In this document: positions 19,314 through 27,852 of the stretch, piece by piece
How the letters are laid out: every line of letters starts with the position of its first letter
How positions within the stretch are numbered: the first letter of the stretch is position 1
NCBI GenBank assembly: GCA_045531235.1
Contig: JAZSDQ010000062.1
Span: 1-53,009 of the forward strand
DNA from: Eubacteriales bacterium
GTDB taxonomy: Bacteria > Bacillota > Clostridia > Oscillospirales > SIG627
Direction of reading: 5' to 3'
DNA: 53,009 bases
Program-made: the position numbers and the translations under genes
Notes under the pieces: generated by a model
Database searches by the model: none
What the model was told of the DNA's origin: nothing
The model's input: only the letters and a program-made list of their open reading frames with translations

Positions 19314-20183
19314 TTACTCTTTCCCAAATAAACTTAGTATAAGCTTCGATGCCGTTTCAATATCAAGCACACCCTTAGGTAAATCAATACTTAAAAAATC
19401 AGGCGTCTCAGAAATAAGATGCAAGAACTCCGTGGTTTGAGGGGCATCTAATCCCAAAGCATGTAAAAACGGCACGTCAGAAAAAATTTCTTGCGGAACA
19501 CCGTCCTTTACTACCTTACCGCCATCCATAACAATTACTCGATCTGCCATAACGGCTTCATCCATGTGATGGGTAATCAAAACAATCGTTATTTTTTTAT
19601 CACGATTCAAATGAAGAATCGTATCCATAATATCTCGCCTGCCTTGTGGGTCCAACATAGCAGTAGATTCATCAAAAAGAATACACTCGGGCATCATCGC
19701 AAGAATTCCAGCAATAGCTATACGCTGTTTCTGACCACCTGACAATTTATGGGGTGCGTGACGGGAAAAATCTTTCATTCCCACCGTTTCTAAGGCACAA
19801 TCAACACGGCGGCGAATCTCATCAGGCGCTATACCTAGATTTTCGGGTCCAAACGCAACATCTTCTTCCACCAAATTGGAAACCAGCTGATTATCAGGGT
19901 TTTGAAAAACCATGCCAACGCGCTTGCGTATAGGAAGGAGATTCTCTTCTGCAGCTGTTGAAATACCACACACCGTTACACTACCGGAATCCGGTATAAG
20001 AATACCATTCATCAGCTTTGCCAATGTACTTTTTCCGCTTCCGTTGCGCCCGAGAATAGCGACGAAACTCCCTTTTTCAATGGTAAGAGAGACATCGCTG
20101 ACCGCACGTGTCTGTTCATCACCCTTTTCTGTTTCATAACGAAAGGATACATTATCGCAACAAATGATCGGTTCGGTTTTCAA
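19314..20183 (-). CDS. ecfA1: ECF transporter ATPase EcfA1
   Basis: Walker A GRNGSGKST, signature LSGGQKQRIAIA, Walker B ILFDEST. Probable TTG start at 20183 with AAGGAG 7 nt upstream; the track ORF starts at a GTG at 20219 inside the upstream gene. Confidence 0.85.
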   Translation of the reverse strand: MKTEPIICCDNVSFRYETEKGDEQTRAVSDVSLTIEKGSFVAILGRNGSGKSTLAKLMNGILIPDSGSVTVCGISTAAEENLLPIRKRVGMVFQNPDNQLVSNLVEEDVAFGPENLGIAPDEIRRRVDCALETVGMKDFSRHAPHKLSGGQKQRIAIAGILAMMPECILFDESTAMLDPQGRRDIMDTILHLNRDKKITIVLITHHMDEAVMADRVIVMDGGKVVKDGVPQEIFSDVPFLHALGLDAPQTTEFLHLISETPDFLSIDLPKGVLDIETASKLILSLFGKE

Positions 20184-20187
20184 GCCA

Positions 20188-21060
20188 TTACTCCTTTTCC
20201 CAACGAGTAGCAAAGCCACAAGGCAGACACTTACCCGTGCTCTCTACAAAAAGTCCAACCTCATCGGAGGTAATCGTGCCTCCGAAGCGGCTCTTTACTT
20301 CTTCATTGACTAAATAAGACACTGCACTGCCGGATAATCCCGTAGTGTATGAATTAACAAGGTAAAACAACGGGTCATCGCTCAGAATAGCAGCAGTTTC
20401 TCGAATCAAATCATGAATGCTATCTTCGAGATGCCACATTTCCCCTTTTGGACCACGGCCGTACGAAGGAGGATCCATCACTATACCGTCGTAACGATTG
20501 CCACGGCGAGCCTCTCTCTGAACAAATTTCAATGCATCATCAACAAGATATCGGCAAGGAGCAGATTCCATTCCCGAGAGCTTCATATTTTCCTTCGCCA
20601 TAGCGACCATATTTTTCGCAGCATCAACGTGTGCAACGTGAGCCCCCCCTTTTGCAGAGGCAAGGCTCGCACCACCGGTGTATGCAAAGAGATTCAACAC
20701 ACGAACCTCTTTCCCTTCTTCGCGGCGTCTTCTGCAGAGTGCTTCCATCCATTTCCAGTTGGAAGCCTGTTCGGGAAAAACTCCCGTATGTTTAAATCCC
20801 ATAGGTTTTACGTGGAAAGACAAATCTGCAATATTACATTTCCATGATGAAGGTAATTTATTCTCGCTCCAAGCGCCACCGCCGGATTTGCTACGCGTAT
20901 AGACCGCATCCGCCTTGTTCCAGTCGGGATGTCTGCGTATACCTTTCCATACCACTTGAGGGTCGGGACGAATCAGCGTATATTTTCCCCAACGTTCCAG
21001 ACGCTCTCCGTCAGAGCAGTCCAGAAGATGGTAATCACCTAAATTTTCCAAATACCACAT
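20188..21060 (-). CDS. Class I SAM-dependent methyltransferase (RlmI/PF10672-like rRNA methyltransferase core)
   Basis: VLNLFAYTGGASLASAKGGA (SAM motif I) and GIVMDPPSYGRG (DPP motif). 1-nt overlap with the ruvB stop. Confidence 0.7.
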   Translation of the reverse strand: MWYLENLGDYHLLDCSDGERLERWGKYTLIRPDPQVVWKGIRRHPDWNKADAVYTRSKSGGGAWSENKLPSSWKCNIADLSFHVKPMGFKHTGVFPEQASNWKWMEALCRRRREEGKEVRVLNLFAYTGGASLASAKGGAHVAHVDAAKNMVAMAKENMKLSGMESAPCRYLVDDALKFVQREARRGNRYDGIVMDPPSYGRGPKGEMWHLEDSIHDLIRETAAILSDDPLFYLVNSYTTGLSGSAVSYLVNEEVKSRFGGTITSDEVGLFVESTGKCLPCGFATRWEKE

Positions 21061-22136
21061 TATTTTTCTCCGGAGTCTTCAATATCCATAGTCATTTGTT
21101 CATCACCTGAAATCGGTATTCCGAGGTGACGATATGCATGTGGAGTTACACATCTCCCCCTTGGGGTGCGCGAAAGAAAGCCGATCTGCATCAAATACGG
21201 CTCGTAAACATCTTCAATGGTAACCGCTTCTTCGCCTATAGTTGCAGAAAGGGTTTCCAAGCCCACGGGACCACCGGAAAAGTTAAGAATAATTGCCGTA
21301 AGAAGCTTTCTGTCAATCTGATCTAACCCAAGACTGTCAACCTCAAGACGATCAAGAGCCAATTTTGCAATTTCATTGGTAATAACACCATTGCCTTTTA
21401 CCATTGCAAAATCACGTACTCGCTTCAAAAGCCTGTTCGCAATACGAGGCGTTCCGCGGCTTCTGCCTGCAATTTCAAGGGCGCCTTCAGATTCTATGGG
21501 GATCTGTAAAATCCCCGCAGAACGAGTTACAATAGAAGCCAATTCTTTGTTGGTATAAAGCTCAAGGCGCATCAGCATACCAAAACGATCTCTTAAGGGT
21601 GAAGATAACGAGCCTGCTCTTGTAGTTGCGCCAATAAGAGTAAACTTCTCCAAGGGAATGCGAATACTTCTCGCTGCAGGTCCTTGCCCCATAATAATAT
21701 CAAGGGCAAAATCTTCCATCGCAGGGTAAAGAATCTCCTCAACGGCACGGGAAAGACGGTGAATTTCATCAATAAAGAGCTCGTCTCCCGCAGAGAGTGA
21801 TGAAAGAATTGCTGCAAGATCACCGGGTTTTTCAATGGCAGGACCGGAAGTAATTTTAATATTTACTCCCATTTCGTTAGCAATAATATGGGAAAGCGTG
21901 GTTTTACCCAAACCGGGAGGTCCATAGAGCAAAATATGATCAAGCGCTTCACCGCGAAGTTTCGCAGCTTGAATAAAAACTTTCAAATTCTCTTTAATTT
22001 TCTCTTGACCTACGTAGTCTGAAAGAGTTTGAGGCCGCAGAGAATTTTCTTCCCCAAACTCCTCCGTAGCATCTGCAGGGGTGAATGTTGCAGAAACGAT
22101 TCGGTTTTCAAAATCAGTTTCAAATTCCTGTGACAT
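21060..22136 (-). CDS. ruvB: Holliday junction branch migration DNA helicase RuvB
   Basis: [19 protein letters not shown], Walker [19 protein letters not shown]. Confidence 0.95.
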   Translation of the reverse strand: MSQEFETDFENRIVSATFTPADATEEFGEENSLRPQTLSDYVGQEKIKENLKVFIQAAKLRGEALDHILLYGPPGLGKTTLSHIIANEMGVNIKITSGPAIEKPGDLAAILSSLSAGDELFIDEIHRLSRAVEEILYPAMEDFALDIIMGQGPAARSIRIPLEKFTLIGATTRAGSLSSPLRDRFGMLMRLELYTNKELASIVTRSAGILQIPIESEGALEIAGRSRGTPRIANRLLKRVRDFAMVKGNGVITNEIAKLALDRLEVDSLGLDQIDRKLLTAIILNFSGGPVGLETLSATIGEEAVTIEDVYEPYLMQIGFLSRTPRGRCVTPHAYRHLGIPISGDEQMTMDIEDSGEK

Positions 22137-22138
22137 GT

Positions 22139-22741
22139 TTATTTATCTCCCATTGATTTCAATGCAAGTCGGATCAAATCCTGAAGACCGCTCGCTTTAT
22201 CGGCAACAGCGCGTACAGCGCTTGCAGCCGTCTGAGGCTGATAACCAAGTACCACAAGAGCATTTACTGCTTCGGAAAATTCAGAAGATTGATTTGCCGG
22301 AGCACTGCCCGCTGTAACCGCTGAAACAGTAGTTTTGCCAACTTTATCCTTTAACTCAAGAATAACTTTCTGTGCACCTTTCATTCCAATGCCTTGGGCA
22401 GCAGTCAATGCCTTGGCATCTCCGGATAAAATACACATAGTCAATTCTTCAGGATCCAAAGCTGAAAGAATAGAAATCGCCGCTTTGGGGCCAATACCGG
22501 AAACAGCAATCAGCATTTCAAAAAAACTGCGCTCATACTCTGTAGAAAATCCAAAGAGCTCCATCGTCGCTCTATCAGAAGACCCCATATTGAGGTAGGT
22601 GTAAATCTTGGCATCTTTCTGACCTGAAAGTTTGCCTGCAGTCTTAGCGGAGATCGTAAGAAACCAACCAATACCATGCGTATCAATCACGCATTTATTT
22701 TGACCAATGGCTTGAATGGCGCCGAATAAATAATCAAACAT
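22139..22741 (-). CDS. ruvA: Holliday junction branch migration complex subunit RuvA
   Basis: 200 aa with an OB-fold N-terminus, the HhH region [16 protein letters not shown] and the ruvC-ruvA-ruvB order. Confidence 0.92.
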   Translation of the reverse strand: MFDYLFGAIQAIGQNKCVIDTHGIGWFLTISAKTAGKLSGQKDAKIYTYLNMGSSDRATMELFGFSTEYERSFFEMLIAVSGIGPKAAISILSALDPEELTMCILSGDAKALTAAQGIGMKGAQKVILELKDKVGKTTVSAVTAGSAPANQSSEFSEAVNALVVLGYQPQTAASAVRAVADKASGLQDLIRLALKSMGDK

Positions 22742-23266
22742 TTATTTTCCTCCTGTTTTTTTGGAGTCGGATACCGTATGTAACCGAGCAATTTTGGATG
22801 AAGAACGGTAGCCGTGTGTCAAAGCAATTGCCAGTGCATCTGCGGCGTCGTCTGGCCGAGGAACACCGGGCAAACGAAAAAGAATGCGAACCATTTCCAT
22901 GACCTGATGTTTTTCTGCCCTTCCATAGCCGACAACGGACTGTTTTACCTGCAAAGGAGTGTACTCAAAAATTGGAAGCCTTCTTTCCTCCGCAGCAAGA
23001 AGAATCACACCTCTTGCCTGAGCAACATTGATAACTGTTTTTTGGTTATTCGCGAAAAATAGTTCTTCAATGGCAAGCGCATCGGGACGATATGTTTCAA
23101 TCAATGAAACAATGCTATCGTGAATATGCTTAATGCGAGCCTCAACACGTTGGCCTTTTGCAGTTTCAATCACACCGCAATTTAGATACTCGAAGCGGTC
23201 GTTTTCTTTTTTACACACACCAAAACCTGTCGTGGCAATGCCGGGATCAATTCCCAAAATGACCAT
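22742..23266 (-). CDS. ruvC: Crossover junction endodeoxyribonuclease RuvC
   Basis: MVILGIDPGIATTGFGV (catalytic Asp), AIEELFF and DAADALAIALTH. Confidence 0.92.
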   Translation of the reverse strand: MVILGIDPGIATTGFGVCKKENDRFEYLNCGVIETAKGQRVEARIKHIHDSIVSLIETYRPDALAIEELFFANNQKTVINVAQARGVILLAAEERRLPIFEYTPLQVKQSVVGYGRAEKHQVMEMVRILFRLPGVPRPDDAADALAIALTHGYRSSSKIARLHTVSDSKKTGGK

Positions 23267-23455
23267 ATTACCCTCGCTTCCTGAAGAAACAGAAACCTAA
23301 AATAAGAAAAAATATATTATCATCATACTTTACCACAATTTGGCGGCAAAGTCAATTCTATTAGTATATTTTTAAGTAATCTTTAACTTGAAATTTTCGG
23401 TTTATCTTTTATATATTTTAATTATATGTTTTTTTATAAACTTATTTGGAATTAC

Positions 23456-23484
23456 TTGACAGAAAATTATGCTCGTGCTAGAAT
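23456..23484 (+). promoter_or_regulatory. Sigma-A type promoter of fba
   Basis: TTGACA (23456-23461), 17-nt spacer, TGcTAGAAT extended -10 (23479-23484), about 45 nt upstream of the fba ATG. Confidence 0.65.
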
Positions 23485-23529
23485 TAGTTGGTTATTTGGA
23501 TCACCAAAAAAGAATGAAGGAGAAATACT

Positions 23530-24498
23530 ATGGCACTTGTAAACACAAAAGAAATGTTCGCGAAGGCCTACAACGGCGGTTACGCCATTGGCGCTTTCAA
23601 CGTAAACAACATGGAGATCGTTCAGGGTATTACCGAAGCATGCGCTGAAGAAAATTCCCCCGTTATCCTCCAGGTTTCCAAGGGAGCAAGAGCTTATGCA
23701 AACCATACCTACCTTGTAAAGCTCGTTGAGGCTGCTATTCAGGAATGCCCCAACATCCCGATTGCACTTCACCTTGACCACGGTGACAGCTTTGAAACCT
23801 GCAAATCTTGTATCGACGGTGGTTTCACCTCCGTTATGATTGATGCTTCTTCCAAGCCCTTTGAAGAAAACATCGAAATTACCCGAAAGGTTGTTGAATA
23901 TGCACACGCTCGTGGTGTCGTTGTAGAAGCTGAGCTCGGTAGCCTTGCAGGCATCGAAGATGAAGTTAAGGTTGCTGCCGAAGCTGCATCTTACACCAGA
24001 CCCGAAGAAGTAGAAGAATTCGTTACAAAAACCGGTTGTGATTCTCTTGCAATCGCCATCGGTACCAGCCACGGCGCATACAAATTCACTCCCGAGCAGT
24101 GCACCGTAAACGAGCAGGGCATCCTCGTTCCCCCCGCTCTCCGTTTTGACGTTCTGGAAGAAGTTACCCGTCGCCTTCCCGGCTTCCCCATCGTTCTTCA
24201 CGGTTCTTCCTCCGTTCCTCAGGAATATGTTAAGATGGTTAACGAAAATGGCGGTAAAATGCCCAATGCAATCGGTGTTCCCGAAGAGCAGCTCCGCAAG
24301 GCAGCTTCTCTCTCCGTCTGCAAGATCAACATTGACTCCGACCTCCGTCTTGCAATGACCGGTACCATTCGTAAGTTCTTCAACGATGAACCCTCTAAGT
24401 TTGACCCCAGAGAATATCTGAAGCCCGCAAGAGCAAACATCAAAGAGATCGTTCGTCACAAGCTGATCAACGTACTCGGTTGCGCAGGCAAAGCTTAA
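23530..24498 (+). CDS. fba: Class II fructose-1,6-bisphosphate aldolase
   Basis: YAIGAFNVNNME, LHLDHG, GSLAGIEDE, AIAIGTSHGAYKF and PIVLHGSSSVP. Confidence 0.95.
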   Translation: MALVNTKEMFAKAYNGGYAIGAFNVNNMEIVQGITEACAEENSPVILQVSKGARAYANHTYLVKLVEAAIQECPNIPIALHLDHGDSFETCKSCIDGGFTSVMIDASSKPFEENIEITRKVVEYAHARGVVVEAELGSLAGIEDEVKVAAEAASYTRPEEVEEFVTKTGCDSLAIAIGTSHGAYKFTPEQCTVNEQGILVPPALRFDVLEEVTRRLPGFPIVLHGSSSVPQEYVKMVNENGGKMPNAIGVPEEQLRKAASLSVCKINIDSDLRLAMTGTIRKFFNDEPSKFDPREYLKPARANIKEIVRHKLINVLGCAGKA

Positions 24499-24510
24499 TC
24501 ATAGCAACAA

Positions 24511-24536
24511 AAAACGCCGCAGTTGCGGCGTTTTTT
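24511..24536 (+). terminator. Intrinsic terminator of fba
   Basis: aaaacgccgc-agtt-gcggcgtttttt. Confidence 0.85.
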
Positions 24537-24540
24537 ATTG

Positions 24541-24580
24541 AAAAAAAGTATCCACCCGAATATCGGGTGGATACTTTTTT
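24541..24580. terminator. Bidirectional intrinsic terminator (end of the feo operon on the minus strand)
   Basis: A7-gtatccacccg-aatat-cgggtggatac-T6. The T-run abuts the stop codon of the small Cys-rich ORF. Confidence 0.8.
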
Positions 24581-24728
24581 AATCCCTTTTTTTGGGGTGA
24601 CACAAATCTTTCTTTGCACATTCGGAGCAGCCGCAGGAGCAAGACCCGCTTTTGCGTTTTTTAATCATAGATCTGATTACGAAAAAGCAAATAACTGCAA
24701 TAACTGCAATAACAATGAAATCTCCCAT
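24579..24728 (-). CDS. FeoB-associated Cys-rich small membrane protein (49 aa), absent from the supplied ORF track
   Basis: Manual translation gives MGDFIVIAVIAVICFFVIRSMIKKRKSGSCSCGCSECAKKDLCHPKKRD. GAGGAG lies 5 nt upstream of the ATG, 19 nt after the feoB stop: one TM helix plus a C-rich tail. Confidence 0.75.
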   Translation of the reverse strand: MGDFIVIAVIAVICFFVIRSMIKKRKSGSCSCGCSECAKKDLCHPKKRD

Positions 24729-24747
24729 TTCAACTCCTCAAATAAAA

Positions 24748-26904
24748 TTATTTTTTCTTTTCGGGCGCATGATATCCTTTTCGAAAAATCAAATAAAGAA
24801 GGAATACCAAAACAATCACAGCCAAAACAGTGAAAACATTAAATGCTACCTCACCAATGACAAGACCTACAAGTTGGTACACGATGAGAGAAATTGCATA
24901 CGCAAAACCACACATATACGCTATGGTTGCCCAGGTCCACTTCCTGTCACCCATTTCACGCTTAATAGCGCCAATGGCAGCAAAGCAAGGTGCACACAAA
25001 AGGTTAAAGATCATAAAGCTATACGCTCTTACGGGACCAAAATCACGGGCAATCATCGTCCAAATTTCATCACCGGACTCACTCAATTCTCCTGCAAAAT
25101 TATAAAGCGTACCAAAGGTCATAACGACCTCTTCTTTTGCAATCAGACCAGTTACGGTAGCAACAGTAGCTTTCCATCCCATATCACCTATCCAGCCAAT
25201 AGGTACGAAGATCCAAGAGAAGAACCTGCCAACGTATGCAAGGAGAGAATAATTGCTATCTTCTACAGCACCAAAGCCATCGGGAGTAAAGCCATAAGTA
25301 TTTAAAAACCAAAGCACAATTGAACTCAGCAACACAATGGTAGTTGCACGCTTAACGAAATCCCAGCCGCGATCAAGGGTTGTCCGAGCTACATTGCGCA
25401 CCGAAGGAAGATGATATGCCGGAAGCTCCATTACAAAAGGAGCAGGCTTGCCGGCAAAAGTCTTAAACTTTTTCAAAATGATACCGGAAATAACAACGGC
25501 AGCAACACCGATAAAGAAGGCTGATACCGCAACAAGAGGAGAATTACCAAACACAGCGCCGGCAAAAAGTCCAATAATGGGCATTTTTGCTCCGCAAGGA
25601 ATAAAGCCCGTTGTCATTACCGTAATTTTACGGTCGTTTTCCTGCTCAATGGTACGGCTTGCCAAAATACCGGGTACGCCGCAGCCGGTAGCCACCAACA
25701 TAGGAATGATCGATTTGCCGGAAAGCCCGAATTTTCTCAGGATCCTGTCCATAATAAATGCAACGCGGGACATATATCCCACATCTTCCAAAATGGATAA
25801 TAGCAGCGAAAGCACAAGAATCTGAGGAACAAATCCAAGAACTGCTCCAACACCGCCAAGAATACCGTCCATGACAAGGCCGTAAAGCCATCCGCTGACA
25901 CCGAGTGAAGTCAGAATTTTATCAAAGACTGTAGGCACCCACTCGCCAAAAAGAACATCGTTTGCCCAATCAGTACCCATTGTACCAATAGAGAATGAAA
26001 ACGAACCCATAGCAATGGCATACATCAAAAACATAATTCCAGCAAAAATGGGTAGCGCGAGAATGCGGTTTGTCAAAATCTTATCAATGCGATCAGAAAT
26101 GGTAAGCTTAAAAGGATCCTTCTTCTTAACTACTTTTGCCGTAAGATTGGTGATATATACATAACGATCATTGGTAATGATACTTTCTGCATCATCATCT
26201 AAAATCTTCTCCACGTGAGTAATATCTTTTTCTATATGTTCAATTACGTTCTTTTCGATTTTGAGTTTATTCAAAACCTCTTCATCACGCTCAAAAATCT
26301 TCACAGCATACCAACGCTGTTGTTCCTCAGGCAGATGGTGTACGGTAGCTTCCTCAATGTGCGCAATGGCATGTTCCACTTCACCGGAAAAAATGTGGAG
26401 ATGAGCTGCTTTTTTAGCTTTTGCTGCGCGAACGGCAAGATCGGCCGCTTCTTCCATTCCCTCACCTTTCAACGCTGAAATTTCGCACACAGGGCATCCA
26501 ATGGCGCGGGAAAGTGCATCAATATAGATCTCATCTCCTCTTTTTCTGACAAGATCCATCATATTGATAGCAATAACGACGGGGATCTCAAGTTCCATCA
26601 ATTGAGTGGTTAGATACAAGTTCCTTTCAAGGTTTGTGCCGTCTACAATATTCAAAACAGCATCAGGCCGCTCATCAAGCAAAAAGTTTCTGGAAACCAC
26701 TTCCTCCATCGTATACGGAGAAAGAGAATAGATACCGGGAAGGTCAACAATTTCTACTGATTTATCTTTTTTCAGTTTGCCGCCTTTTTTCTCAACGGTA
26801 ACTCCGGGCCAGTTACCAACATATTGGTTAGAACCTGTCAAAGCGTTAAACAGTGTTGTTTTACCACTGTTTGGATTTCCTACAAGTGCAATGCGAATAC
26901 TCAT
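24748..26904 (-). CDS. feoB: Ferrous iron transport protein B
   Basis: 718 aa. N-terminal G-domain IALVGNPNSGKTTLFNALTG and DLPGIYSL, followed by a polytopic membrane domain. Confidence 0.95.
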   Translation of the reverse strand: MSIRIALVGNPNSGKTTLFNALTGSNQYVGNWPGVTVEKKGGKLKKDKSVEIVDLPGIYSLSPYTMEEVVSRNFLLDERPDAVLNIVDGTNLERNLYLTTQLMELEIPVVIAINMMDLVRKRGDEIYIDALSRAIGCPVCEISALKGEGMEEAADLAVRAAKAKKAAHLHIFSGEVEHAIAHIEEATVHHLPEEQQRWYAVKIFERDEEVLNKLKIEKNVIEHIEKDITHVEKILDDDAESIITNDRYVYITNLTAKVVKKKDPFKLTISDRIDKILTNRILALPIFAGIMFLMYAIAMGSFSFSIGTMGTDWANDVLFGEWVPTVFDKILTSLGVSGWLYGLVMDGILGGVGAVLGFVPQILVLSLLLSILEDVGYMSRVAFIMDRILRKFGLSGKSIIPMLVATGCGVPGILASRTIEQENDRKITVMTTGFIPCGAKMPIIGLFAGAVFGNSPLVAVSAFFIGVAAVVISGIILKKFKTFAGKPAPFVMELPAYHLPSVRNVARTTLDRGWDFVKRATTIVLLSSIVLWFLNTYGFTPDGFGAVEDSNYSLLAYVGRFFSWIFVPIGWIGDMGWKATVATVTGLIAKEEVVMTFGTLYNFAGELSESGDEIWTMIARDFGPVRAYSFMIFNLLCAPCFAAIGAIKREMGDRKWTWATIAYMCGFAYAISLIVYQLVGLVIGEVAFNVFTVLAVIVLVFLLYLIFRKGYHAPEKKK

Positions 26905-27125
26905 TATTCTACCTCAATATTTTTAGCGTCTTCTTTTCTAAGGCTCAATTCATAGCCGCGGATAAAAAGTTCAATGGGATCACCCAAAGGTGCAACCTTC
27001 CGAACATAAATTTCTACACCCTTGGTAATTCCCATATCCATGATTCTGCGTTTTACTGCACCTTCGCCATGGATTTTGACTACTTTAGCAGACTTTCCTA
27101 CGCCGATATCTTTTAATGTTTTCAC
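26904..27125 (-). CDS. feoA: FeoA family protein
   Basis: 73-aa SH3-like FeoA (GVGKSAKVVKIHGEGAVKRRIMDMGITKG). GTG start with GGAG 6 nt upstream; 1-nt overlap with feoB. Confidence 0.88.
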   Translation of the reverse strand: MKTLKDIGVGKSAKVVKIHGEGAVKRRIMDMGITKGVEIYVRKVAPLGDPIELFIRGYELSLRKEDAKNIEVE

Positions 27126-27149
27126 TAATTTCTCCTTTCAGATGGTTGG

Positions 27150-27167
27150 GGTTAGCCATTGCTAACC
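27150..27167. promoter_or_regulatory. Perfect palindrome GGTTAGC-CATT-GCTAACC in the feoA leader (candidate operator or RNA hairpin)
   Basis: Read directly: 7-bp arms and a 4-nt spacer. It shares the core GTTAGC-N4-GCTAAC with the second site 34 bp away. Confidence 0.5.
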
Positions 27168-27183
27168 AATACGGATTATCAAA

Positions 27184-27201
27184 AGTTAGCTTTTGCTAAC
27201 T
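27184..27201. promoter_or_regulatory. Perfect palindrome AGTTAGC-TTTT-GCTAACT at the predicted feoA transcription start (candidate operator or RNA hairpin)
   Basis: Read directly: 7-bp arms and a 4-nt spacer, starting about 7 nt downstream of the -10 hexamer. Confidence 0.5.
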
Positions 27202-27207
27202 GAATAG

Positions 27208-27235
27208 ATTATATCATTATTATCGTATTTGTCAA
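27208..27235 (-). promoter_or_regulatory. Near-consensus sigma-A promoter of feoAB
   Basis: Minus strand TTGACA (27235-27230), 16-nt spacer, TGaTATAAT (27213-27208). The -10 overlaps the stop codon of the GNAT gene. Confidence 0.65.
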
Positions 27236-27691
27236 TAGTTTTTTGACTTTTTCTTTTTGCATCGGTGTAAAGATCAATTCGTGCTCTACTTTTCTTGGTG
27301 CGATCACTCGGTATCCACACTTTTTATAAAATTCAACAGCACAGTCAGAAGCATTTAAATATACATCATAAGAAATGCACTTATTCTCTAGGAATTCCAG
27401 CATTCTTTTTCCGTAGCCGCGGCGCCACGATTCAGGCCGCACGTACAACATCAAAATAATTCGTTTCTCTTTTACTGCACCTACAACTTCTAATTTTTCC
27501 GAAGAAAATCCACCGTATAAAACAATACTACCGTCATATGAATTCATTGAAAGAGAAACGGGCGAGGTAAGATCGCGGAAAAACTCCATTCCCTGCATTG
27601 ATGTATTTGTCTTTTCCGCTTCATAAAAACTTTTCCATAATACGTATGAAGCTTCTTCCAGATCTTCTTGTCTGAGTTCTCGAATTTCCAT
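27209..27691 (-). CDS. GNAT family N-acetyltransferase
   Basis: 160 aa with the acetyl-CoA motif RRGYGKRML and a typical GNAT length. Confidence 0.8.
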   Translation of the reverse strand: MEIRELRQEDLEEASYVLWKSFYEAEKTNTSMQGMEFFRDLTSPVSLSMNSYDGSIVLYGGFSSEKLEVVGAVKEKRIILMLYVRPESWRRGYGKRMLEFLENKCISYDVYLNASDCAVEFYKKCGYRVIAPRKVEHELIFTPMQKEKVKKLLTNTIIMI

Positions 27692-27746
27692 GCTCTCTCC
27701 TCCTTTGCTATTATGTTAGCGAAAAAAACTCTTCTTGTCAATTCAC

Positions 27747-27767
27747 ACGATTTTTCTTGAAAATCGT
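27747..27767. promoter_or_regulatory. Palindrome ACGATTTT-N5-AAAATCGT between the divergent GNAT and guaA-like promoters
   Basis: Read directly: 8-bp perfect arms, 11 nt upstream of the -35 of the guaA-like promoter. No flanking T-tract, so probably not a terminator. Confidence 0.35.
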
Positions 27768-27777
27768 TAAAAAACTC

Positions 27778-27806
27778 TTGCAAGACTGATAAAAAGCAGT
27801 TATAAT
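27778..27806 (+). promoter_or_regulatory. Sigma-A promoter of the guaA-like gene
   Basis: TTGCAA, 17-nt spacer, TATAAT. The leader is about 46 nt, too short for a purine riboswitch. Confidence 0.6.
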
Positions 27807-27852
27807 ATTTTCCATAAATTCAATGGAAATTTGTTAAATTTCGGAGGTATTT

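Noticed and set aside
23290-23345. AT-rich stretch with faint resemblance to a Firmicute dif/XerCD site (…aatatattatcatcat…), near the switch in gene orientation
   Set aside because: Only a short ATATATTAT core matches the Bacillus dif sequence as I remember it, and the flanking arms do not align. The region is better explained as the ruvC promoter (TTGACT-17-TAAAGT).
23467-24459. 330-aa ORF antisense to fba
   Set aside because: It lies fully within, and opposite to, an unmistakable class II aldolase gene. The sequence is low-complexity (G/N/F/V-rich) and has no RBS. This is the typical stop-free antisense frame of a codon-biased, highly expressed gene.
27544-27783. 79-aa minus-strand ORF overlapping the 5' end of the GNAT gene and the divergent promoter region
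   Set aside because: It is out of frame with the GNAT gene, covers both promoters and the palindrome, and has no RBS.
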